Translations under genes and position numbers: made by a program | Shown here: positions 32,929-44,135 of the stretch, piece by piece | Numbering within the stretch: the stretch's first letter is position 1 | Layout: the number at the start of each line of letters is the position of its first letter | Notes under the pieces: model-generated | Seen by the model: the letters and a program-made list of their open reading frames with translations, nothing else | What the model was told of the DNA's origin: nothing | The model's database searches: none | Source: an uncultured delta proteobacterium | GTDB lineage: Bacteria > Myxococcota_A > Polyangia > Fen-1088 | DNA: 64,000 nucleotides | Assembly: GCA_963767925.1 (NCBI GenBank) | Contig: CAVYGB010000013.1 | Span: 64,001 to 128,000 of the forward strand | Direction of reading: 5' to 3'

Positions 32929-35444
32929 ATGCGAACCCGGGCTGGCTGGCTACTGGTCTTCGCCGCAATGTTCACCCCAGCGACCTCGCCCCCGGCCCAC
33001 GCCGAGCCCACGCGTCAGCTCGACGCCTCCGAGATCCTCAAACGTCTCCAGCGCCTGTCGGTGGTGGGCAGCGTGCTCTACGTCGCCGCGCATCCCGACG
33101 ACGAGAACACGAACTTCCTGGCCTACCTGGCCAGCGGGCGCGGCCTGCAGGCCACCTACCTGTCGATCACCCGCGGCGACGGCGGGCCAGAACCTCATCG
33201 GGTCCGAGCAGGGGCCGCAGCTCGGCGTCATCCGCACCCAGGAGCTGCTGGCCGCCCGGCGCATCGACGGGGCCGCGCAGCTCTTCACCCGGGCGCGTCG
33301 ACTTCGGGTACTCCAAGTCGGTCGACGAGACCCTGCGCCTCTGGGGCGAGGAGGAGGTCCTGGCCGACGTCGTGCTCGCCATCCGGCGGGTGCGGCCCGA
33401 CGTCATCGTCACCCGCTTTTCCCCCGAAGGCGGCGGGCACGGCCACCACACCGCCTCGGCCCGCCTGGCCGAGCGGGCCTTCAAGCAGGCCGCCGACCCG
33501 AAGTACCAGCCGGCCGCGATGCCGAAGCTGCCCCCCTGGCAGGCGCGGCGAATCTTCGTCAACCGGTTCGGCGGCGACGGGGGGCCGGCGCGCCAGGACG
33601 TCGGCGAGTTCGACCCGCTGCTCGGCGCCTCCTACGGCGAGATCGCCGCCAGCAGCCGCAGCATGCACAAGAGCCAGGGCTTCGGGGTGGCCCGCCGGCG
33701 CGGCCCGATCGTCGAGGACTTCCAGCTCCTGGCCGAGGCGGGCGGCCGCTTCGCCGGCCCCGGTCCCCTCGACGGCATCGACTGGACCTGGAGCCGCGTC
33801 GCCGGCGGCGAGAAGGTCAAGCAGCTCGCCGCCGGGCTGGCCCGCGGCTTCCGCTCCGACGACCCGTCGGCCAGCGTGCCCGGCCTGCTCGCGCTCGACG
33901 CCGCGCTGGAAGGGATCTCCGACGGCTTCTGGCGGGACATCAAACGTGCCGAAGTCGCAGAGCTGGTGGCAGCCTGCGCTGGCCTCTGGGTCGAGCCGAA
34001 CGCGGCCTCGCCCGCGCTGGTGCCCGGGGTGCCGGTGCGGGTGGCGGTCACCGCGCTCAACCGGTCGAGCCTCCCGGTCAAGCTGATCGATCTGCGCTTC
34101 GCCGGCCCGGCCCTGGCCGGCGAGAAGCGCGAGCCGCTGGCGGTGAGCAAGCCGCTCGCCCGCCACGTCCCCTTTCGCCAGGAGATCGACGTGGCGGCCA
34201 CCGGCACCGCCCGGCCCACGGGCCCCTACTGGCTGACCCAGCCCCCGCTGGCCGGCCGCTACCAGGTGGAGGACGCTGCCCTGATCGGACGGCCCGAGAA
34301 CCCGCCGGCGCTGGCCCTGCAGGCCCGGGTCGAGGTGGCGGGCCGGAGCTTCACCTTCAGCTACCCGGTCTTCCACAAGTGGACCGACCCGGTGGCCGGC
34401 GAGCGCACGCGCCCGGTCGAGGTGGTGCCGGCCGTGTCGGTCGCCCCGCTCGCCTCGGTGCTGCTGTTCGCCGACGGCAAGCCGCAGCCGCTGCGGGTGC
34501 GCCTGAAGGCCGCCGCCGCCAAGGCCGTGGGGACCCTGCGCCTCGAGACCCCGGCCGGGTTCCTGGCCGAGCCCGCCTCGGCGCCCTTCGAGCTGGCCGC
34601 CGCCGGCGACGAGGTCGACCTGACCTTCGCCCTGCGCCCAGCGCGCGCGGGGGGGGCCACCGCGGGCACCCTCAAGCTGGTGGCCGAGGTGGGCGGTCGC
34701 CCGCTCGGCCACCGCATCCACTTCATCGAATACCCCCACATCCCCACCCAGATGCTGGCCCTGCCGGCCGAGGTCCGGCTGTCGACCGTCGACCTGCGCC
34801 TGCTGGGCAAGCGCATCGGCTACATCCCGGGCGCCGGCGACCAGGTTCCGGCCAGCCTCGAGCGGGTGGGCTACGAGGTGGTCGCCCTCGACGAGCCCGC
34901 CCTGGCCTCGGCGTCGCTGGCCAGCTTCGACGCCATCGTCATGGGGGTGCGGGCGTTCAACACCAACGAACGGCTGCCCTTTCACCACGCTCGCTTGATG
35001 GACTACGTGCGCGGGGGCGGGACGCTGGTGGTGCAGTACAACACCACCAGCCGCCTCGGCGGGCTCGAGGCCCGGATGGGCCCCCTGGCCTTCCAGATCA
35101 GCCACGACCGGGTCACCGACGAGAAGGCCGCCGTGCGCTTCGAGCAGCCGACCCACGCCATCTTGAACCAGCCCAACAAGATCACCGCCGCCGACTTCGA
35201 GGGCTGGGTGCAGGAGCGGGGGCTGTACTTCGCCAGCACCTGGGACAAGGGCTACCAGACGCCGCTCGCCTTCGCCGACCCCGGCGAGGCGCCCCTGCGC
35301 GGTGGGCTGCTCGTCGCCCGCCACGGACGCGGCGCTTTCGTGTACACCGGGCTGGCCTTCTTCCGCCAGCTCCCCGCCGGGGTTCCCGGCGCTTACCGGC
35401 TGTTCGCCAACCTGATCGCTCATGGCCGCACCACCGCCCGTTGA
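32929..35444 (+). CDS. Large secreted PIG-L/LmbE-family deacetylase; frameshifts near 33186 and 33296
   Basis: Signal peptide, [34 protein letters not shown]-terminal WVQERGLYF. Confidence 0.85.
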
Positions 35445-35562
35445 CCTCCAGCTCGAAGATCGCCCGCCCCTGCTGACCTGGGGGCGCATCTACGCCCTCG
35501 TGCTTGGCGCCCTGGCGGTCGAGGTGGCGCTGTTCGCCTGGCTCTCACACGTGCTGCGATGA
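35422..35562 (+). CDS. Small single-TM protein (46 aa), likely transporter accessory subunit
   Basis: Manual translation [50 protein letters not shown] overlap with the SSS gene. Confidence 0.65.
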   Translation: MAAPPPVDLQLEDRPPLLTWGRIYALVLGALAVEVALFAWLSHVLR

Positions 35563-37277
35563 CCGCGCTCGACTGGGTGGTCCTCGGCAGCACCCTGCTG
35601 TTCATCGTCGCCTACGGGATCTGGAAGTCCCGCGGGTCCTCCACCACGGCCGACTACATCCGGGGGGGAAACACCGACCGCTGGCCCACCATCGGCCTGT
35701 CGGTGATGGCCACCCAGGCCAGCGCCATCACCTTCCTTTCGACCCCCGGGCAGGCCTACGAGGACGGCCTGCGCTTCGTGCAGTTCTACTTCGGGCTGCC
35801 GCTCGCCATGGTGATCCTCTCGGCGGTGGTCGTGCCCCGCTACTACCGCCTCAAGGTCTTCACGGCCTACGAGTTCCTGGAGAGCCGCTTCGACCTCAAG
35901 ACCCGCCAGCTCGCCGCGCTCCTGTTCCTGGTGCAGCGCGGGCTGGCCGCCGGCATCACCCTGTACGCGCCGGCGATCATCCTGTCCAAGGTGCTGGGCT
36001 GGTCGCTCGACCTGACCATCGTGGGCATGGGCGCCCTCGTCATCCTGTACACGGTGGCGGGCGGGACCAAGGCGGTCAGCCAGACCCAGAAGCACCAGAT
36101 GGTGGTGATGATGGGCGGCATGGCCGTGGCCTTCGTCTGGGTGGTCTGGAACCTGCCGCCGCCGGATCTCCTTCGTCGACGCCATGCGACATCGCCGGCG
36201 TCATGGGGAAGATGAACGTCGTCGACTTCTCCTTCGATCCCTCGACACCGCTACACCTTCTGGTCCGGCATCACGGGCGGGCCTGTTCCTGGCGATGTCC
36301 TACTTCGGGACCGACCAGTCGCAGGTGCAGCGTTACCTGTCGGGCCGCTCGATCACCGAGAGCCGGCTGGGGCTGCTGTTCAACGGCCTGTTCAAGGTGC
36401 CGATGCAGTTCTTCATCCTGCTGATCGGCGTGATGGTGTTCGTGTTCCACCAGTTCGAGCGGCCGCCCGCTGTTCTTCAACGACACCGAGTGGAAGAAGA
36501 TCGACGGGACCACCCACGAGCCGGCGAAGCGCCGCCTCGAGCAGCAACACGTCGAGACCTGGACCCACAAGCTGCGGGCGGTGGCCAACTACGACGCCGC
36601 CCTCGAGGCGGGGGACAGCGCCCGCCTGGCCGAGGCCCGGACCATCGTGCAGGAGCGGGCGGCCGCCTCGGCGGCCGTGCGCCAGCGAGGCGCGGGCCCT
36701 GGTGGCGAGGGCCGTCCCCGGCGGCGAGACCAAGGACACCGACTACGTCTTCCTCACCTTCGTGCTCGAGAAGCTGCCCCAGGGGCTGGTCGGGCTGCTG
36801 CTCGCTGTCATCCTCTGTGCGCGGCCATGTCGTCGAGCGCCAGCGAGCTGTCCGCCCTGGGCTCGACCACCGTCGTCGACTTTTACCGGCGGAGCTGGCG
36901 CCCGGGCCAGTCCGACGCCCACTACCTGTGGGCCGCCCGCCTGTTCACCGTGGCCTGGGGGCTGCGTCGCCCTGGTCTTCGCCGCCTTCGCCTCGCTGAT
37001 CGACAACCTGATCCAGGCGGTCAACATCGTCGGCTCGCTGTTCTACGGGACCATCCTCGGCGTCTTCCTGGTGGCCTTCTTCACCCGCCGCATGCGGGGC
37101 ACGCCGGTGTTCCTGGCGGCCCTGGTCTCCGAGGCGGTGGTGATCACCTGCTACAAGGTCACCGACATCGGCTTCCTCTGGTTCAACGTCATCGGCTGCG
37201 TCCTCGTCGCCGTGCTGGCGGTGGTCCTCGATCTCTTCTGGCCCCGCCAGCCGCCGGCGCCCGTCGCCGCGCGCTGA
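35559..37277 (+). CDS. Sodium:solute symporter; several frameshifts between about 36165 and 36960
   Basis: [35 protein letters not shown] and AAMSS motifs in successive frames. Confidence 0.85.
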
Positions 37278-37284
37278 TCGCGCT

Positions 37285-38460
37285 TCAGGGGCCCGGTTCC
37301 ACCGCGGGGTCGTGGAGGGTGGCGTGGGCCTCGCGCAGGAGGGCGGGGATGGTGGTGCGGAAGGGGGAGTCGGTCAGGGCGGCGGCGACGGCCGCGTCCT
37401 GGAAGTCGGCGGCCTTGGCCCCGGGGACCCAGTGGTCGTCGGGGCTCATGGCGGCGTAGCGCTCCTGGGCGAAGGCGCGCAGGTCGAAGGCTCGCACCAG
37501 GTTGTGTAGCCAGAGGATGCGGCGCACGTTGATCCCGCCCGGCATGTCCCGCCAGTCCGGCAGCCCCTCGCGCCAGCGGCGGGCGAAGTCGTCCCCCAGG
37601 GCCTCGGCATAACGGGTCTCCAGCCGGCCGCTGATGAGCGGCACCAGCGCCTCGGCCGCGGGCTCGGAGAGGCGCTGCAGGGCGGCGACGTGCTCGTCGA
37701 AGTCCGAGGGGCGCGCGGCGCCGATCGAGAGGGTGTGGATCTCCGGGTGCCCGAGGCACCAGAGGTCGTTGAAGGCGATGGGCGATAGCGGCTCGCACAG
37801 CGCCCGCAGGCGGGCCGGGGCCTGCTGCAGGCGCCCGCCCTTGTCGGTGGGGCTGATGATGAACACGCCCATGTCCTGGGCGCGGGCGGCGGCGAGGGCC
37901 GGCCGGTTGTCCTGGAAGAGGTAGTAGTAGTGCAGGTTGACGTAGTCGAAGCGCCCGCTCCCGATCGCCGCCAGGATGAGCGGGGTGGGCCCGTGGGTCG
38001 AGAACCCCACGTGGCCGATGCGCCCGTCCTTGCGGAAGCGCTCGATCACCTCGTAGCAGCCGCCCGGCCGGAAGATCCGCTCGAGGCAGCCGGGCGTGTT
38101 GACCCCGTGGAAGGCGAAGAGATCGAGGTAACCCACCTGCAGCCCGGCGAACGACTCCTCGAGCAGCTTCTCGAAGTCAGCGGCCTGGTCGGTGGGGCGG
38201 ATCTTGGTCTGCAGCCTGAAGGACCCGCGGGGAATCCGGGCCAGGGCCGGGCCGAGCTGGGCCTCGCTGGTCCCGTAGCCCCGGGCGGTCTCGATGTGGT
38301 CGATGCCCAGCGCGAGGGCCTTGTCGAGGATCGCCTCGACGTTGTCCTGGCTCTTGCGGGAGATCCGCCCGCTCCGGGTCCAGGACGCCTGGTACCGCAT
38401 GCCCCCACAGGAGAACACCGGCATCTGCAACTCGGTCCGTCCGAACCGGCGGTAAATCAC
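37285..38460 (-). CDS. Aldo/keto reductase
   Basis: YRRFGRT, ETARGYG, LQTK, GFSTH, ISPTDKGG. Confidence 0.9.
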   Translation of the reverse strand: MIYRRFGRTELQMPVFSCGGMRYQASWTRSGRISRKSQDNVEAILDKALALGIDHIETARGYGTSEAQLGPALARIPRGSFRLQTKIRPTDQAADFEKLLEESFAGLQVGYLDLFAFHGVNTPGCLERIFRPGGCYEVIERFRKDGRIGHVGFSTHGPTPLILAAIGSGRFDYVNLHYYYLFQDNRPALAAARAQDMGVFIISPTDKGGRLQQAPARLRALCEPLSPIAFNDLWCLGHPEIHTLSIGAARPSDFDEHVAALQRLSEPAAEALVPLISGRLETRYAEALGDDFARRWREGLPDWRDMPGGINVRRILWLHNLVRAFDLRAFAQERYAAMSPDDHWVPGAKAADFQDAAVAAALTDSPFRTTIPALLREAHATLHDPAVEPGP

Positions 38461-38564
38461 ACCCCATCATAACGGCTCGCCGGCCGCCCGGAAGCGCCCG
38501 CGCGCGGCGCCCCGCCCCCGCAGCGGGCCAGGACATGGCCAGAGCATCGCGCGGCGCGCCCCGG

Positions 38565-39899
38565 TCAGATCAGGTTCGGCAGGGGACCCTTGTCCCAGTC
38601 GGGGTAGACCGGCATCCTGGGTGCCCCCAGGGCGAGGGCCACCGACTGCAGCACGCTGGTGTGGGGGGTGCCGTTGTACTTGAGGTAGCGCCCGGTCTGC
38701 AGGGTGCCGCCGCTGGCGAGGGGGAACTTGCCGGAGGCGAGGAGGAAGGGCCCGCGGTCGAACTTGTGGCTGCCCACCGAGATCTCGTTGGTCCACAGAA
38801 AGAGGGTGTGGTCGAGGACCGTACCGCCCGCCTCCTCGACGCCCTTGAGCCGGGTCAGGAACGCCGCCGCCTGCTCGGCGTGCCAGGCGACAATCTTCGT
38901 GAGCTGGGCGTCGGCGCCGGCGTTGCCGGTCTGGTGGGCCAGCGGGTGGTGCTTTTCGGTCACCCCCAGCCAGTCGAACACGTTGCCGTGGCTGATCCAC
39001 TGCAGCCCCGCCACCCGGGTGAGGTCGCAGGCGAAGGCCAGCGCGCACAGGTCGAGAGCCGTCTTGCCGATGACCTGGTAGTCGACGCTGGTGACCGGCT
39101 CGGGCGGGCGGGTGCAGCCCTGGGTCGCGTTCGAGGGCGCGGCGGCCGCGTTGTTCGATCTCCACCTCGACCTGGCGGATGGCAGAGAGGTGTTTCTCCA
39201 GGCGCTGGCGGTCGCTGGGCCCCACGCCCTGGGAGACCTTCCGGTACTGCTCCATGGCCGCGTCGAGGATGCTCTTCTTGCGGGCGCGCAGGCGGGCCAG
39301 GTCGGCGGCGGCGCCCGGGTCGGCCTGTCCACCCGCGGTCGGGCGGGGAAAAGCCGGTGAACAGCCGGTCGAAGTTCTTGCGCGGGATCGGGCTCGACCG
39401 GGTGCACCTGGCTGGGCCCGTCGTGCAGGAAGTGGTAGTTCGTGACCCGCCCGGTCATCAGCGACTTGACCCGCGAGCTGCCGCCGATGGCCCCGGCCAC
39501 CACCTGGTCGATCGAGGCGCCGTCGGCCGCCCCGTTGTCGCTGCTGGAGGTCCAGCCGGTGACGGCGCTGTTGTGCCCGCGCTTGTGGGCGGTCCCGTCC
39601 TGGGTGCCCCGCTCCATCTTGCGGATGCCGTCGAGGATGATGAGGTGCTCGCGCAGCGGCTCGAACGCGGCCATGGCCGTCGCCAGCTTGAAGTCCTTCT
39701 CGCCGCCGGTGGGGAACCAGGTGCCCGGCACCACCCCGTTCTGGTTGAGCATGAGGAACAGGCGCCGGGGCGCCGCCGCCTCCTGGGCCCGGGCCGCGCG
39801 GGGCGCCATGGCGTCGAGGAAGGGCAGGGCGATGCCGACCCCGCCCGCGCCGCGCAGGAAGGTCCGCCGGCTCAGGCGCTTCGTCACGGGGCGCTTCAT
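38565..39899 (-). CDS. DUF1552-family Tat-exported protein; internal frameshifts near 39150-39390
   Basis: LSRRTFLRG...LPFLDAM Tat-type signal; NGV, SIDQ, AFACDLTRV and HPLAH motifs. Confidence 0.8.
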   Translation of the reverse strand: MKRPVTKRLSRRTFLRGAGGVGIALPFLDAMAPRAARAQEAAAPRRLFLMLNQNGVVPGTWFPTGGEKDFKLATAMAAFEPLREHLIILDGIRKMERGTQDGTAHKRGHNSAVTGWTSSSDNGAADGASIDQVVAGAIGGSSRVKSLMTGRVTNYHFLHDGPSQVHPVEPDPAQELRPAVHRLFPARPRVDRPTRAPPPTWPACAPARRASSTRPWSSTGRSPRAWGPATASAWRNTSLPSARSRWRSNNAAAAPSNATQGCTRPPEPVTSVDYQVIGKTALDLCALAFACDLTRVAGLQWISHGNVFDWLGVTEKHHPLAHQTGNAGADAQLTKIVAWHAEQAAAFLTRLKGVEEAGGTVLDHTLFLWTNEISVGSHKFDRGPFLLASGKFPLASGGTLQTGRYLKYNGTPHTSVLQSVALALGAPRMPVYPDWDKGPLPNLI

Positions 39900-41621
39900 C
39901 ACGGGGCTCCCTTGTAAGAAGAACGCGTCGGTCTGCACGAGCTGCCGCAACAACGCCCGCAGGTCACGGCCCGAACGGGCGAAGGCGCCCTCCAGGGTCT
40001 GCACGGTGCAGCGGTCGGCGTCCGTCTTCTCGCGTCCGAAGCTGAAGTTGAACATCTGCTCGACCAGGCAGGCCTCGACCTGCTTGCTGGACACGAGCTT
40101 TCTACCAAGCTCGACCGCTCCCGTGAACGGCCCGTCGACATCGGTGCCCGAAAGCTCGCCCCCGGCGTCGATCGGCTTGCCGTTTTCGCTCGTGCGCCAG
40201 GCGCCCATGGCGTCGTAGCTCTCGAACCCGAAGCCGATGCCGTCGATGAGGCCGTGGCAGCTGGCGCAGGCCGGGTCGGCCCGGTGGGCGGCGAACCGCT
40301 CCTTGGTCGTCTGGCGGGCGTCGAGCTGGGGGGGCATCGCGTTGGCCTCGGGAGGCGGCGGCGGCAGCGGCTGACACAGGAGCTGCTCGCGCACGAACAC
40401 CCCCCGGTGGATGGGCGAGCTCTGGTCGGGGCCCGCCTTCGCCGCCAGGAAGCTCGCCTGGGTCAGCACCCCGGCCCGCTGGGTCGGCTCCAGCTCCACC
40501 CGGGCAAACCCCTCGCCCGTGACACCCTTTTTACCGTAGAGGGCCGCCAGCTCGCCGTTGACCACGGAAAACGGGGCGGTCAGGAGGGTGTCCAGCTTGC
40601 CGTCGCCCTGCCAGATCAGCTCGATGAAGCGCTCGGTCTCCTGGCGGAACAGCTCGAGGTGCTCGTCCTTCCAGGCCGGGTAGACCGCGGTGTCCTTGTC
40701 CGCCTCCGCCAGGTCGCGGAGCTGCAGCCACTGCCCGGCGAAGTTGACCACCGTGGCGGCCGCCCGGGGGTCGTCGAGCATGCGCTCGGCCTGGGCCATG
40801 ACCTCGTCGCGCGTGCCCAGCTGGTTGCGGCGGGCCGCCTCGAACAGGGGCGCGTCGGGCATGCTGCCCCAGAGCAGGTAAGAGAGGCGCGAGGCCATCT
40901 CGAAGGGGGCGAGCCGGGCGTGCCGGCTCCCGGGCACGGGCACCCCCCGCTCGAGCCGGTAGGTGAACTGGGGCGACAGGATCATCACTTGCACCACCGC
41001 GTCGATCCCCTCGGCGAAGGTGGCGGCGCGGCCGCTGGCGAACACCCTCTTCAGATCGTCCCGCTCCTCCGCCTCGAGCGGCCGCCGCCAGACGCGGGCC
41101 CCGAACCCCTCGAGAAACCGCTCCAGACAGACGGCCTCGCCCTGCTGGACCGGGTCACAGGGGAGCACCGCCGCCAGCTTGCCCACCACGGTGCGGGCGA
41201 TCTCCTCGGCGGCGGCCACGTAGCGCAGGCCCAGCAGGTCGGAGACCGAGCGCAGCTCGGCGTTGTTGTCGAAGCTGCCCTGCAGCTCCTCGGCCGGGAA
41301 GTCCCGGGCCAGCCGCCGGTCTTCCCCCAGCAGCTCGCGCACGGTGTTGTCGTATTCGGTGCGGGTCAGCCGGCGCAGCGGCGCCGGCCCCGGATCGACC
41401 TCCCGGCAGGCGGCGCTGGTCCGGTCGGGCTCGAGCGGGTGGCTCCCCGGCCCGGGCAGCGGCGCCCCGGACGGATCGGGCCGGGCGCCGGGTGCCCCCG
41501 GGACCGACCCGGGGCCCGGGCTGGCGCTCTCTCCCACCATGCCGGTGCATGCCGCGGCGGCCAGCACCAGGGGGAGGACGAGGGTCATCCCGTGACCCGC
41601 TCGATCCGGACTGCGTACCAT
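39899..41621 (-). CDS. DUF1587/1595/1592/1588/1585 multidomain lipoprotein with CxxCH; frameshift near 39917
   Basis: RRLTRTEYDNTVR, ASRLSYLLWGSMPD, SSPIHRG, CASCH. True stop probably TGA 39899-39901 (..YKGAP*). Confidence 0.85.
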
Positions 41622-41786
41622 GGGGGCTCCTTTCGAACCGAAAACGATTTCTCGATCTGATTGCCCCGGAGGGGCGGACTCATTGGCTTTTCTCCCCGGC
41701 CCCGCAAGACCCATCTAGCCGCGGCGGGTCGACGTCCCTCGGCCGGTTTTGGCCGGCGCGCCGTCGGTGGTAAACGATCGCCCGCC

Positions 41787-42692
41787 ATGATGAACATCGA
41801 CCTCCGGGGGAAACGGGCGCTCATCGCCGGCGTCGCCGACGACGCCGGCTTCGGCTTCGCCATCGCCAAGGCGCTGGCCGAGGCCGGGGCCAGCGTCTGC
41901 GTGGGCACCTGGCCCCCGGCCCTCGGCATCTTCAAGACGTTGCTCGAACGCGGCAAGCTCGACGCCTCGCTGCAGCTCCCGGGGGGCGCCAAGCTGACCT
42001 TCGAGCGCGTCTATCCCCTCGACGCCGAGTTCGACACCCTCGCCGACGTCCCCACCGAGCTGCGCGAGTCCAAGCGCTACCGCGACCAGGGCGACTGCAG
42101 CATCGAGGGGCTGGCCAGCCGGCTGCGCGCCGACTTCGGGGAGCAGCCCCTCGACGTCGTCGTGCACGCCCTGGCCAACGGCTCCGAGGTGCGCAAGCCG
42201 CTGCTCGAGACGAGCCGCCGCGGCTACCTGTCGGCCGTGTCGGTGAGCGCCTATTCGATGGTCTCGCTGCTGCAGCGCCTGGGCCCGCTCACCCGCCCCG
42301 GCGGCTCCTTCATGTCGCTGACCTACCTGGCCTCCGAGCGGGTGATCCCCGGCTATGGCGGCGGCATGTCCTCGGCCAAGGCCGCCCTCGAGAGCGACAC
42401 CCGCATGCTGGCCTTCGAGGCCGGACGCAAGTGGGGCCACCGGGTCAACACCATCTCCGCCGGCCCCTGGGCCTCCCGCGCCGCCTCGGCCATCGGCTTC
42501 ATCGAGCGGATGATCGAGTTCTGCAAGGACAACTCCCCCCTGGCCGAGGCCATGACCGGCGAGGAGGTGGCCGCCACCGCCGCCTTTCTGGCCTGCCCCC
42601 TCAGCAAGGGCATCACCGGCTCCACCCTCTACGTCGACAAGGGCTACCACACCATGGGCGTGGCGGTGGACCGCCCCATCACCACGAGCTGA
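41787..42692 (+). CDS. fabI: Enoyl-ACP reductase (Chlamydia/plastid-like FabI subtype)
   Basis: [36 protein letters not shown]. Confidence 0.9.
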   Translation: MMNIDLRGKRALIAGVADDAGFGFAIAKALAEAGASVCVGTWPPALGIFKTLLERGKLDASLQLPGGAKLTFERVYPLDAEFDTLADVPTELRESKRYRDQGDCSIEGLASRLRADFGEQPLDVVVHALANGSEVRKPLLETSRRGYLSAVSVSAYSMVSLLQRLGPLTRPGGSFMSLTYLASERVIPGYGGGMSSAKAALESDTRMLAFEAGRKWGHRVNTISAGPWASRAASAIGFIERMIEFCKDNSPLAEAMTGEEVAATAAFLACPLSKGITGSTLYVDKGYHTMGVAVDRPITTS

Positions 42693-42725
42693 TCGCGGCC
42701 GTCACTGCGCCGGGCGGGGCCCTGG

Positions 42726-43913
42726 TCAGGGCAGCAGGGCCTGCTGGGGCGCGGGCGCGTCCGCCTCGTCGAGATCGGGGCGGACGGCGAAGAGGGCCTG
42801 GGGGGCCGTCGTCAGGGAGAAGGCGCCGGCCACCTCGAGATCACCGGAGTCGGCGATGCGGAACATGGCCAGGTTGCGGCTCTTCTGGTTGGCCACGACG
42901 AGGAACTGCCCGCCCGGCTCGACGATCAGCTCGACCGGGTCCTGCCCGCCGCTGGCCACGTGGGCCCGCAGGGTCAGCTCGCCCGACTCGCGGTCGACGG
43001 CGAACACGGCGATGCTGTCGTGGCCCCGGTTGCTGGCGTAGAGGAAGCGCCCGCCCGCGCCGAGGCGCATGCTGGCCGCCCGGCTCTTGCCCGCGGGCAC
43101 GTCGGCGGGGACGGTGGCGATCACCTGGAAGGCCATGCGGGTCAGCGCGCCCAGGCGATCGTCGAAGGCGTGCACGGAGATGGTCTGGCTGGTCTCGTTG
43201 AGCACGTAGACGAAGCGGCCGTTGGTGTGGCAGCGGATCTGGCGCGGGCGCGAGTCCCAGGGCAACCCGAGCGGCTGACCGGGCTTGGGGGTCAGCGCGC
43301 CCGTGCCGGGGTTGAAGGAATATTGCGAGATGGTGCCGGCGCCCTCGTTGACCACGAAGGCGACCGTGTTGGAGGGATGAAACCCCACCGCGGTCGCCCC
43401 CCGACCGGCGATCACCGTATCGGCCTCGGCCAGGCGGCCGTCGGGCCGGATGGGGATCACCGACACGTTGCCGCTCCCGCGGTTGGCCACCGCGACGTAG
43501 CGGCCGCTGCCGTCGACGGCCGAGCCCAGCGGATTGGTCCCGCCCAGGCCGGCCCGCCCGAGCGAGCGCAGGCTGCCGGTGCGCGGATCGATGGCCAGCG
43601 AGACAACCGCCGCCTGGGGGCCCCGGGCGCTGCGGGCATCGGTGGTGGCCAGCAGCAGCCGCCCGCGCGGCGCTCCGGTCAGGGAGAGGATCGGCGCGCC
43701 CAGCGCCGTCTTGCCCCGGCGGGTCAGGTCCCCCACCTCCGGGTCCAGCTCCAGCACCTCGACCTCGCCGCTGGCGCCGGCCACGTACACGAACGTATGA
43801 GGGGTGTCCTTGGTAGCCGCCGGTGCGGGTGCCTCTTGCCTGGCCCGCAGACCGGCGCAGGCCGAAAGCGCGAGGAGAAGCGCCGTCGGCAGCACTCGCA
43901 AACAGCCGGTCAT
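42726..43913 (-). CDS. 6-phosphogluconolactonase-like beta-propeller lipoprotein
   Basis: Lipobox LSAC; GRFVYVLNE, YASNRGHDSIAVF, VANQKS. Confidence 0.85.
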   Translation of the reverse strand: MTGCLRVLPTALLLALSACAGLRARQEAPAPAATKDTPHTFVYVAGASGEVEVLELDPEVGDLTRRGKTALGAPILSLTGAPRGRLLLATTDARSARGPQAAVVSLAIDPRTGSLRSLGRAGLGGTNPLGSAVDGSGRYVAVANRGSGNVSVIPIRPDGRLAEADTVIAGRGATAVGFHPSNTVAFVVNEGAGTISQYSFNPGTGALTPKPGQPLGLPWDSRPRQIRCHTNGRFVYVLNETSQTISVHAFDDRLGALTRMAFQVIATVPADVPAGKSRAASMRLGAGGRFLYASNRGHDSIAVFAVDRESGELTLRAHVASGGQDPVELIVEPGGQFLVVANQKSRNLAMFRIADSGDLEVAGAFSLTTAPQALFAVRPDLDEADAPAPQQALLP

Positions 43914-44135
43914 GTGAGAGCAGTTTATATCAGAGCCTCCAATCGAGGCGCGCCCTGACGCAGAGGGTTGCATACCAGGGGGGAGATACCCGAAAAACGC
44001 GCTTCAAGGCACCATCGCCAAGAGTCGATGACAGGCTCCGACGAGGGGTTTCTCCGGGAGGCGAGGCCTGCCCCGAGGAAGCGGCAGAGGGGGTTTCGAG
44101 TCTGGTAGGTTACGCTCCGAGCACGGTGCACGACG

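Noticed and set aside
38565..41714. DUF1592-DUF1552 natural fusion
   Set aside because: An internal Tat signal and a TGATG junction at 39897-39901 indicate two genes joined by an indel.
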